Positions 38,423 through 49,100 of a stretch of 64,000 nt of DNA are shown here, piece after piece. The position numbers and the translations under genes are program-made. The notes beneath the pieces are model-generated. The model was not told where the DNA came from. It searched no databases and worked only from the letters and a program-made list of their open reading frames with translations. Location: contig NC_087437.1 of NCBI RefSeq assembly GCF_036321535.1, positions 63,366,001 to 63,430,000 of the forward strand, written 5' to 3'. The number at the start of each line of letters is the position of its first letter. Position 1 is the first letter of the stretch. Origin of the DNA: Camelus dromedarius (lineage: Eukaryota).

Positions 38423-38904
38423 CCTCTAACCTCCATTTTCACTTGTGCAAAACAAAGAATTCTTAATAGATGATACTGATATCATCTGGCTGTAGATTCT
38501 CATTATGCAGAAAGTTGAGTTTACAGAATTTATAAATCAAGGATCTTATATATTAACCCCCCCCCCAAGTTTGCTTTATAATGTATAGGTTTCTCAGCCA
38601 TGATTTTCATGTGCTCATTTTGTCCTTAACTGTGGTCTTTGTTCTGCTGGGTTTTTGTAGCACTTCCCTCTATGGTTTCTAAGATAAACCTCTACAATGT
38701 GTTTGTGGGGGAAGGGGAGCAAATAGAGAACTTGTAGGTTATTAGTGGTAAAATATGGGAAGAATGATAGAATGTGATCACTGAGTTGATTTTTGAGTTC
38801 ATATTTCACTTGAGTTCATATTTGTTCATCTAAACTGTTGTTGCTATTCTTTCAGGCTGTATAAAACAGTGGATTTAAGTGTCCTGCAAAATCTTACACA
38901 AAAG
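38423..38904 (-). pseudogene. Candidate decayed long exon P5: LLCKILQDT*IHCFIQPERIATTV*MNKYELK[17-bp dup]NQLSDHILSFFPYF... /fs/ YIRSLIYKFCKLNFLHNENLQPDDISIIY*EFFVLHK*KWRLE
   Basis: Pyrimidine tract + AAG acceptor (phase 0) and G|GCAAGT donor (phase 1); includes ORF 38615..38809; several frameshifts. Confidence 0.55.
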
Positions 38905-39259
38905 CTTGATACATGAAATAGAGAAAAGCAGAGCTGCTCTGGGCAAGAAACGGATGGGGGCTTGGGGACCTTGCCCCAGTCCCTACTCTATTCCCCCCAT
39001 CACCTCCTTGGAATCTGGGGATTCTGCAGCTTGAAATCATTGATTTAGATCTTAAACTTGTTTCTAACATTGTAATAACCATAGGAACTTTAAAATAACA
39101 TTTTGAACTAGATTTTATAATTATTATTATAATAAGTGACCTAATAAAATAGTCCTTTCCTAAAAGATGCCAAGGAAATTCTCAATAGAGGATACTTCTG
39201 GGACTGCAGGGTGCAGCTGTAGGGAAGATGACAGTCATTTTTTATTTTATGCCTTCTGT

Positions 39260-39361
39260 ATTTCTTTCTTTATTTATTTCTTTTTTCTTTCTTTCTTTTC
39301 TTTTCTTTCTTTCTTTCTCTTTCTCTCTTTCTTTTTCTCTTTCTTTCTTTCTTTCCTTTTT
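39260..39361 (+). repeat. Imperfect (CTTT)n pyrimidine repeat
   Basis: Direct reading of the sequence. Confidence 0.9.
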
Positions 39362-39551
39362 AGCAATTACAATGTGTGACTTTAATGGTTAAAAAATTAA
39401 TTTAAATTTTTTTTCAATTTGGAATTATATTTTCATTAATGGCTTTGTAATCAAATATTTTTCCTTAACGATAAGCTTTTTCAATTATATAATAATAATG
39501 CATGACAAAATAGGATTTAAAGTAGAAAATTAGTTTACAGTAAACACTTAC

Positions 39552-39706
39552 AAGAACAAATCTACAAACACATTCTGGAGTTCAGTGTGTCTGTACTTTC
39601 ATATAGTAATACTTCTGGTCAAGGCACTGGTCTTTAAAGAAATCATTAGCCAAACAAAAGCATTGTTGGTTAATTTCCAAATTGTTCTTTCTACTGTAAA
39701 TTTTAC
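39552..39706 (-). pseudogene. Candidate decayed exon P4: (G)KIYSRKNNLEINQQCFCLANDFFKDQCLDQKYYYMKVQTH*TPECVCRFVL
   Basis: CTTAG acceptor and GTAAGT donor; 51 codons with a single TGA; phase 1/0 fits P3 and P5. Confidence 0.7.
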
Positions 39707-39717
39707 CTAAGTTATAA

Positions 39718-39893
39718 GTAGGTCTCAACTCTGATCCCACATCAGAATTACTGGGGAATCAAAAAAATAATAATAATTTCCCAAGCTGCACCCCAAACCA
39801 ACTGAATCATTATCTGGGAGGGGCACCCAGACATAAGTATTTTTAAAAAGCTCCACAAGTGAATCCAACTTGCAGTCAGGCTTCAGAACCACC
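39718..39893. mobile_element. MER5A-like hAT-Charlie MITE
   Basis: catcagaattactgggga...ccccaaaccaactgaatca...ttttaaaaagctccacaagtgaatcc...agaaccac. Confidence 0.75.
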
Positions 39894-40195
39894 AAGTCTT
39901 TAATCTTCCACCAATACTAATCTAGGTGAATTTAATGAATTTATAAACTAAGGTGAGCTATCTGTTATTCAACACTTGTGAGAGATTAATAAATTGTGAT
40001 ATTTTATCTTTCCTTTCTTCCCTTTCCTCCTTTGGCTTTCCTAACAAGGGCCCAGCATTGAAGGGGGCCAGGCTAGAGAAGGGATCCAGAGACAAGAAGG
40101 AAGTGCAGAGGATGTGCACAGACAGATGGAGGCCAAGACTTGCAGATTAAACTTCCTAGGAAGGCAGTAAAAATATACAGGCACCCCCTCCCCAC

Positions 40196-40396
40196 CAAGC
40201 AAAGGAATATTTTCTTTAACTACTAGTGTCTTGCTTTGGGGAAATGGAGTTAACTTGTATTCTTTCAGGATGTCTGAAGGAACAAACAGACAAATTACTC
40301 TCCGAAGCTGATTTATTTCATCTTTACAAACCAGCCATCATGCATTAGGTTTGTGTGTTTGGACTATGGTGTTTTTCAAGTTATGTGATGTATTTC
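40196..40396 (-). pseudogene. Candidate decayed exon P3: (G)NTSHNLKNTIVQTHKPNA*WLVCKDEINQLRRVICLFVPSDILKEYKLTPFPQSKTLVVKENIPLL
   Basis: TTTCTAG acceptor and G|GTGGGG donor; 66 codons with a single TGA; phase 1/1. Confidence 0.65.
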
Positions 40397-41292
40397 CTAG
40401 AAACTCAATGACGAAAAATCCCCCAACAATCTAACTAAAAAATGGGCAAAAGAATGCAAAGACAATTCTCCAAAGAAGATATATAAATGGCTAATAAGCA
40501 CATGAAAAGATGTTCAACATCATTAGTCATCAAGCAAAAGCAAATCTCAACCACAATGGGATATACTTCACACCTGCTAAGATGTGAAGATGGCTATTAA
40601 TAAAAAAAAAAAAACCAACCAAAGAACAGAAAATTTAAAATGTTGATGAGAGACTTCTGGTTTCTGGTCTGGCATGTAAGAAGTTCGGACATCTCCATCT
40701 TAATGACATATAAAAAGCTGAATAAACTGAAAAATTAACAACTCTTCTTAGATCTGTAAGAGAAGCGACCTCACAGGGCAGACCATTACTTCCAATATTG
40801 GAGAGACAGACATTTGGATACAGAAAAATCACAATTTACTGCCAGAAACTCAAGAGCAGAAACCTCTGCAGAAACCAGTGTCTGGGTAGGAAAAACCCGA
40901 ACTGTAATTGACAAATTGATGGAAATTCAGTGTAGATGAATCTAAGAGTTAAAAACTTCAGGCAGACCCAAACATGGAGGGAGGAAGAGGCCTAAGCTTT
41001 TGTAAGTTTCACCTCCAATACCTCACAGTGGTTCTCACAGTGAATATCAGAGAAAAGAACAAGCGTAACAAATAGAAAACAGTAAGAAATATGGTAGCTA
41101 TTAATTCAACTATATTAATAATCACTTTGAATGTCAATGGTCTAAATACACCAAATTAAAAGACAGATGTTGTCAGAGTGGACCAAAAAACAAGACCCAA
41201 TTCTATGCTGTCTATAAGAAACCCACTTTAAACATAAAGACACGTACACATTCACAGTAAATGACTGCAGGGGAAGGGTATAGCTCAGTGGT

Positions 41293-41354
<62 letters not shown>

Positions 41355-44040
41355 TGATAGGAAAAACAGAGTTGAAGGAAAAGGAAGAGCCAGATAAAAA
41401 TGAGTGAGAGGAACAAAACCAGGAAATTTCAGAAATCCAGCCACCAAAAAAAATTTTTTTAACACTACACAGAAACAATAAAATGGAGAGTTCTGTGAAG
41501 TTAGAAAGGCTATCTGGACCAAACCTCCTCCTAAAAGTTCAGGAATACAAAATTCTTGTTAAAATGAGCAACAGAAAACTATCAAGGTTAATTCTCATGC
41601 AAAGCTACTAAAAAGGGGTGGGGTGGTAGAATAAGGATCAGTATAACATCCCTACAATGAATACCTACCAGAAAGATAATAAATAAATCAAAGATACAAT
41701 ATCCTAAAAGAGCTAAAAATCATTGAGAAAGTGGTGTAAGAAAAACATACATCAGAATTAGAGAAACTCAGAAATTGGATCAGAACACAAAGAAGAATTA
41801 AAATATTTTTTAAAAGCATTTGAGAAATGAAGATTAAACTAAAAGGGCTACAGAGAAAAAAAAAACACACACACAACAAATAAAACCTTAAAAGAGAAGG
41901 TAAAAAGGAGAGAAAGTTTTAAAATAAAAAATAAATGAAGAAGAGAATTAAAAGGATTTCAGGGAAAGTGGCAAATACTGAAGATGGGCAAAAGAGGTCC
42001 AAAATCCAGATAATGGAAGCAATTTAAAGCAAGGAAACAGAACAAATATTAAAAACTATAATTGAAGAAAAACTTTCCTGAATTAAATATATATTATATA
42101 TATAGAGAGAAATTCAATATATCACTGAAGCTATGTTTTAGAAGAACACACTGTCCACCTGAGAAATAGCAAACCAGAATGATCAACAGACATATTCTAG
42201 TAAAATGACTGGACTTTAAGGAAAATGATGAAGTTTTTGAGTATCTATGCAAAAAGAGCCTATCACTTAAAAGGGAAAGAAAAGTAGACTGTATGAGACT
42301 TTTTAATAGCAATTCATTACCCCGTAAGTAAGTGGCAAAATATATTTAAGGTTTTCAAGGAAAGGAAACACAAGCCACGTAATTTATATTCCATAAAACT
42401 GACCTTCAAATATAAACACATAGACATATTGTAAACAACATATAAGAACTCAGGGAATACCATTTCCATAAACTCTTCGTAAGGAATCTATAGAGGACAA
42501 ACTTTCAGACAACCAAAATAACTAGATTAGAGAGACATAAGGAATTAATCATGAGCATTACATATATATTTACCTATAGAACTAAGATTAAGTGAGGGCT
42601 AATGAAAACTGTAGTATGCAATGGCTATAGAAGCTGACAACTATTAGAGCACAACTATACTAAAAGGGATAATATATGCAACAATTAACTGTTTTCAAGA
42701 ACTATAATCGGTGGTGGTAATATTAATATTGTTATTTTGAGATTATTATATTTTTAATGTGAAATAAAGCAAATTAGCAAATTAAGATATTCTAATTTCA
42801 TCATCCCTTATATCCTTGAGAATTAGAATTCTCCATATGGAATTTCTTAGGAGATCCTGATGTGTGTTAGAAGGGATTAATTTAAAACCCTCTAGTCCTG
42901 AAATTGAATTAGAAATATTAACGTGAACTCATGAAGTAGTCTATCCTAACTTTAAACTGAAAAGACCTAGAAACAGTTACCAACCTAGTAGCAATTAACA
43001 CCCCCTAATGCCCATACTGTCATATTGAAATATCAATAAAGGAAACTAAAACTTCTTTTTGAAAAATGGCTGATTCCAGGTCTGGAGCAGCGAATGTATA
43101 AAATAAGCTCAAAACAGCTTGTCATATTAGGTAGCAAGAAAGGTACCTACTGGCCAAAGATGGAACAATTTGAGCTTTAATAAAGATTACAACCGCAGTA
43201 GATTGAAATCCATCAAATATATTTAAATTCATAAATTTATGACACTATGACACCTAATAAATCACTTTCTGAGGATGACAGAGAACTAGTTCATTATCTT
43301 GAAAACTTGGTAATTAAAAGAAGAAATAAGTATTTATCCAGACTTTCTGTTACGAACTTATCTCATCCTAACTAAATACTAGATGAGAGAAAGCATCTCC
43401 TTATAAACGTATTCTCCTTATAACTCATTATAAAAATGATAGAATTAAAATATTATTTTGCAGCCCTCAGTGAATTCATGGATCTAGGAATTAGGCCTCA
43501 CCAGCTGTAAGGCTCAAAAAATAGCAAAACCAGACATCATGCGCCTCTTGATGAAGGAACACCACCACCTGTTATAGTCTTGCCAAAGGGACTGAACCTC
43601 AGTCTGGTGAAGCCTCTGGATCAGCTGTTAACTTCTAGGAAGTGGAGAGGACAGAGGAGTACGCCGAACTGCGATTCCCAGAATGTAGGAAAGCCCACAG
43701 GTCAAAAGGCCTAAGTTCTTCAACAGATAATGTAATAAAAGACTTAAAAGGCACACCAAGTTTTTAAAAAATGGGCATGACGCACACTTGGGAGATAAAG
43801 CAGTAAAGAAACTAGCAAAAGCGATTATATAAATGACAGGCTGGTGGTTACTTTTGGAAGGAAGGTGATGGGGGTTGGGATTGGGGTGGGGCACACTGGG
43901 AGACTTTTGGGATGACTGACAGAGTTCTATTGGTTGACCTGGGTGGTGACTGCAAGGATGTTTGCCTCATAAAAATTCACCAGCCTATATATTTGTTTTG
44001 TATGGTTTTCTGTATCTGGCTTTTGTTTTATGGTAAACAT
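40397..44040 (+). mobile_element. Nested cluster of old L1 pieces (ORF2 3' part, 5' end, EN start, ORF1/HAL1-like, L1MC-like 3'UTR)
   Basis: aaatgggcaaaaga...catgaaaagatgttcaacatc; atcactttgaatgtcaatggtctaaat (EN start); L1MC-like 3' end near 43900-44040. Confidence 0.75.
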
Positions 44041-44057
44041 AACAAGTACTCCTTTAC

Positions 44058-44269
44058 CTGACATAAACAGTTCAAAAAAAAAAAAAAAAGTAGAGTCCAA
44101 GCGAAGAGATCAGAAAACTCCACAAAATATTTCATATCAGGTGCAAACTAAATACTAAGCAAGTTGAAAAACTAATTTTAAAAGGTATTCTCTAAATGGA
44201 TGATCCTTAACACCCAACAAAGGAAAATGTCAAAGAAACTCAAGGTAAAGTTTCAGAACTGGAAGCTGC
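44058..44269 (-). pseudogene. Candidate decayed exon P2: QLPVLKLYLEFL*HFPLLGVKDHPFREYLLKLVFQLA* /fs/ FAPDMKYFVEFSDLFAWTL /polyT/ FELFMS
   Basis: Strong ttttatttatttattttcag acceptor and CAG|GTAAAG donor; last codons end in phase 1, matching P3. Confidence 0.6.
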
Positions 44270-44451
44270 CTGAAAATAAATAAATAAATAAAACCAAAAA
44301 ACATCCCATGGAGATTAGAAAACTAAGGCCCAGAAACAGTGAGTGATTCCAGCAAGCTCCACAAAGCTAGTACCAGAACCAGGTCTAACATTCAGGTCTC
44401 CTAATCTGGGATTTTTTTTTTCCACCACAGAACAGACTTTGATTCCTTTAC

Positions 44452-44640
44452 GTTTTAATTGTTTGTTTGAAGTGGCTGAGTTAAATATTTAATATTTTTC
44501 CAGAACATTCCCAAGATAACGTTTCAAAATGCATTTAATGTTGGATCGTCCATGGGGAAAGAAAATATCGAAGTGCTTTCTCAGAACTGGGTCTGGTTAG
44601 CCTAACAGCTGAATTGGTTGGGGAATCCTGACCTGAACCT
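44452..44640 (-). pseudogene. Candidate decayed exon P1 of an unidentified minus-strand gene (5' boundary and frame uncertain)
   Basis: AAC|GTAAAG donor; two partly open frames (EKALRYFLSPWTIQH*... ending in phase 2, or DPVLRKHFDIFFPHGRSNIKCILKRYLGNVLEKY*). Confidence 0.35.
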
Positions 44641-45219
44641 TCGAGAGACTGTCACTAATCTGAGAATGTTCTCTCTTTGACTTCTATAGCCTCTTCCCCT
44701 CTTCTCCCAGCCTCTTGCCTCGCCTTGTCTGATTGCCTCTCGGTAAAGTAGCTATATAGATCATGCCTGCACGTTAAAGAGTTAAAAGTAACATGCTAGG
44801 CGCCATCCTAAGCGCTTTACCTGACTTATCTCACTGAAATCTTACAATCCTATAAGGCAGATTATCCCCATTTTAGAGATAAGAAAACGGAACAACAGAG
44901 ATAAGTAATTTGCCCAAAATGTTGCAGCTAGAAAGTAAGGGGTAGAGTTCTCAACTCCAGAACCCGCTGCTTTAAGGACTATGTTATCCAGCCAGAACAA
45001 AATTGCACGTTGTGGACAATTTTGAAAATGAGGCAAGTTTTTCGCGATACTTTGTCCAAAACCCAAAATTATATTCATTTGGGGAATCTCTTCGATTCGT
45101 TGCTGTTTTTGACAGACACATCAAAGAAAAAAATTAATTTTAAAGTGTACAGACTTTTTCTAATGTGTGGTCCTCTCATGCGTATCGAGACTTGCAGGGG
45201 AAGATATGAGAAAACACCC

Positions 45220-46160
45220 CGAAGGCCTTCAGTCCGGTGTGCCAGGAGGAGCCGGGGTGGTGCCGGGGAAGAGTTGGACCGGCGTCCAGCGGTCGGTTCC
45301 GCTCCGGATTCTCCACTCGGGACTCCCGGGAGGAGCGTGGGGTGGGCGTGGCGGGAAGAATCGCAGGTCCATTCCCAGAGCGCTATGCAAATAACATGCA
45401 AATCAGCGCGTGTGAGCCTGAGTCGGCAGTTTGGGTCCAGACCCCGAGCGCTGTTATCTCAGTCGCTTGCACGCGCGCTCATTCGTTTTCCCACTTGCTC
45501 GCTCTCTCGCCGGGCCAAGCACCCCCGCCCCGCCCAGCCCAGGACGCGCCTTGCCGGCTCCCCGCGCCGCCCCGTCGGCAGCCGGCGGCTGAGGGAGCGC
45601 TGAGCCCGCGCTGCGCGCCCGCGGCCGGGACGCCCCGCCGAGCGCCTTGCCTCGGCTCTCGGGCCGCCTTCGCCGCGCGGGTGAGTGAGCCCGCCTCTCG
45701 CTTTTGTCCCGGGACGGCCCCTGGGAGTCACTCTCTGAGGGCGGGGGTCGCGGGGTCGGGACCCTACCTTAGGAGCCTGCACCTGGCTCCACTGTTGGGG
45801 AGGGTTTCTTAGGTACCGCGAGAAGTTGGGGGAGGCTCATAAGGGGGCGACCTCAGCGACTCCAGGCAGCCCGGGTTTTCTTTTAGAAGGTGAGGTGCTT
45901 GGGGACAGTGATGCGGCTGTCTCTATAGGCGTCATTCGAAGGGGGTGCTTTTGATTTGAGGGGTGCAAATCGCCGTTAGCCTTCAAGGAAGAGGGGTAGC
46001 TCTTCTCCCAGCTCCCCAGTCTCTTGCTGGAGGACTCGAGGATGGCGGGGGCGGGGGTGGCACGTGAGGGCCCTCCCAGCCCAGCTGCGAGTCTGGGAAG
46101 GTAGGGCAGTGGGGGCAGCCCCGGGGCCCCAGGCAAAACTGGGGCGTCGGACGTTGCAGT
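45220..46160. promoter_or_regulatory. CpG island promoter (MYLK long isoform; possibly bidirectional) with GC boxes and a tandem octamer pair
   Basis: Abrupt GC/CpG-rich block in AT-rich DNA; GGGCGTGGC and CCCCGCCCCGCCC boxes; ATGCAAAT twice. Confidence 0.88.
45590..45680 (+). other. MYLK: Probable MYLK non-coding exon 1 (5' boundary/TSS approximate)
   Basis: Strong CGG|GTGAGT donor at 45680/45681 inside the CpG island; ...GGGCCGCCTTCGCCGCGCGG resembles the human MYLK 5'UTR as recalled; CCDC14-MYLK synteny. Confidence 0.7.
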
Positions 46161-49100
46161 CTTGCTCTCACTCCCTGCTCCTATTCAGGCACTCCTCGGT
46201 CTCCTTTGCTTCAACGGAGTTTTATGGTTGATAGACCCTTGTTCGCAGATCATTGCGGTTGGAAAGTTTAGGCTAAACTAATTTCCAGGTGTTAGCTCTC
46301 GGTGGCCAAGGCAGAATTCCTCCCTGGAACTTGTGGCTCCTAACACTCTTCAAGACCCAAAGGACTGAATTTTTAGGCGTGGTATTGCAGATGCCAAGAC
46401 AGGCTGATGCGGAGAGGTTTTCTAGAATTTTGTTGTTGTTGAGGGCGAGGTGGTGGGACATGTTCTGTATAGTAACCTGAAGGAGAAAGACCCAGCTCTT
46501 TTGAGGCCTAGAGGGGGTTAAAAATAGCTATTGCAATTGAGGGAGGTGGGCCGGGTAGGTGCACACCTGGGCAGTGGGAATAGTGCCAGGCTTCAGGCCA
46601 CTGGTTTTCACCATCCCTCTTCTCCCCACGTGCAAAGAGCAGAGTATGTGCAATGTCCGGCCCCTCAGCCCTGAGGAGCCTGCTTAGTGCTGCATCCCCC
46701 TTCCAGCTGAAAGTAAGTTGTTCCCTGTCTCAGTGCAATCTTTTTTTAATGTGCACAACTTGTCAATAAGTTATTTGCAGATGGGGGTGGGAACTTGAAA
46801 GGACCATTTTGGGAACCCCTCACACTTCAAAGCATCAGGGATCTACAATGCAAGTCTCCAGGGGAAGTGTAGGTGCTTCTGGTAAACTTACTGGATCCCT
46901 AAAAGGCATTTCAGGTTCTAGTAAAGTAGTTTTATTTTTTCCACTTCATTTTCCTGTTCCCCTCTATCTCTTTACTTTTCTCTTAAATTCTTGACCCCTT
47001 CCCTTCCCTTCCCTCTTCAGTAATCCTTTGTCTTAGTCTCTCTCCCTGCCCTGCACACTGCAGGGACAGTGGGAAGTGATGCTGTTAACGCCATAGTGCC
47101 CTAGGCCAGTGTGGCAAGTTCCCTCTTGGTGCCCATAGTGAGGTAGGCCCTTTGTCTCCCACCCTAGGTGAGCCAAGAGCCTTCAGCCAAAGCAGGTAGG
47201 AGCCTGGGCACTTGGCTCTGGGTGGGGAGTGGCTGGACGCTGGCTACTGGATTGGGTAGTGGGTACTCTGGGGATCTGCACAAGAGCCTTTTCACCAGGA
47301 TGCGCATGTCTGTCCCTTCACTCACTGATGATACAAAAAGATGCTGGTCCTCATGCACCACTAGGATGAGCTTGGTGAACCACCCCACAGTGGCAAAGGA
47401 TCTGTGTGTTTGATTTCTTTTGTACAGCAATGGCTAGCTGAGGAGGGGGTTAGCTGGGGCCTTGGAGCAGTTTTTCTTTATATGAAATTTGCTAACCCTC
47501 TCATTAGGAGACTGTTTCTCAAGAGCTAGATCTTGGGGGACATGTACAAGGCAGACTAGGCCCTGGTGAAGTTCCATGGTCTAACTGGTAAATTTAGGGA
47601 GACCCACATGCTACCTGGAGCTTAGATAGACAGGTGCAGTCACTACAGGGCGGGGGCCTCTGGCTGGCAGTTGCAGGGAAGTCTACGGGGAAGGCTTGTT
47701 GGAAAAGGAGGCCGGCCCCAGATGGTAGTGTGGGGAGAGAGGCCCTTGCAGTGCCAAAGGTGAGGGAAGGGTTTTGATCCTAGCTGGGGAGTTCTTCTTC
47801 AGCCTCAGAGGAGTAGATTGCAAATGATCTGGGGTCACTGTGTGCTCAGTGTCTACAAGAATGACCCCTTGCTTTTCCCCCAAAATATGAGTCTAGAGTC
47901 TTTGAAACTGAATTAGTTGGTTTATTGGCTCTTTGCCTTTTCAGAGTTTCAAGAGATGGCAGTTTGAGAATGCAGCCCAGCCTGGGGGTCGGGGTGCAGA
48001 GACCCCCGTGAACATGTGGAGGCTTATTTAGTATCTTTCTGAGAACAACACTGCTTGGTATTCTGGAAACATACACCACAGACACTTGGAAGCCTACTGC
48101 CCCTCCCCTAGTTCATACCGACACGCTTCGATTGGGAAGTTGTTCATTCTTAAAAGCTTCCTGTCCTATCCTCTCTGTACACTTAGTGAAATTTAGAGAA
48201 CGCTTAGAAAGTAAACTTTGCCAACAGAAGATGTTGTCCTCTTCCAGCTTGACTGTTGTGGTGTCATTTTCCTCTGACTGAGAGAGAGAGAGTATACCCA
48301 GAGGACACGAGGCAGGACTGCTTGCATGGAAAACGTACAAGTGGACACGGGGGTGGCATGTGGGCTCGGAATCTAGAGTGGGGGCAGCATGGATGCCACT
48401 AGGACAGGTTCTGCGCCATGTGAGTTCTGCCCCCTTCCGTTTGTGCCCTGAGACTTCTGCTCCACCAGCACAGAGGGTGAGTTTGCTGGGCTGAGGTCTG
48501 CTGTGTGAGTCACTCACTGCTCTTAACTGTGCTGTTCTGTAGATGAATTCTCTGTCTCTTTATTGAGTTTCAGCATCATATTTTTCTGTTTGTTTTAAGC
48601 CAACAGGTGGAGCAAATGCAAGTTCTTACAATCTCAAGGTGGGTGGACCTTGGTGTTTGTCACCACAAGCCGGCAGATGCATCCCTCCTGCCCTGTTGTG
48701 TGCACCTGGTCTGTAGGGGCTGCAGCCCTGGGGAAGGGGGCTGGGGCAGGAGGAGAGCCAGTAAGAATTGCTCCCAGCTTGCAGCTCATGGGGATAAGGC
48801 TGGATTTCCGGATGCTTTCATTGTCCTTGTGCTCACTGTCCCTTGTGTCTGAGGGCGAATGCTCACAATGGACACCGCACAGGGAGCTGTGGGAATTTTT
48901 GTATAGACTGGGCTTCTCGAATATCCCAATGTTGTCCCCTCATCCCACTGTTGATACTTCTGTCCCCTTTCTCCTCCCCCCTCTTTTCTTAGGTCCTAAG
49001 GGTAGAGCCCTCTGGAGACAAAAGAAGCATGATGAGGAGAGGTTTTCTTTTTCTTTCAGATCTGCTGCTTGATTTCCTCCCTTCCCACTCTGGGCCTCCA

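Noticed and set aside
45010..46171. Long overlapping ORFs (197, 191, 108, 107 and 99 aa) at the CpG island
   Set aside because: Expected from stop-codon scarcity in GC-rich DNA; low-complexity R/P/A/G peptides on both strands.
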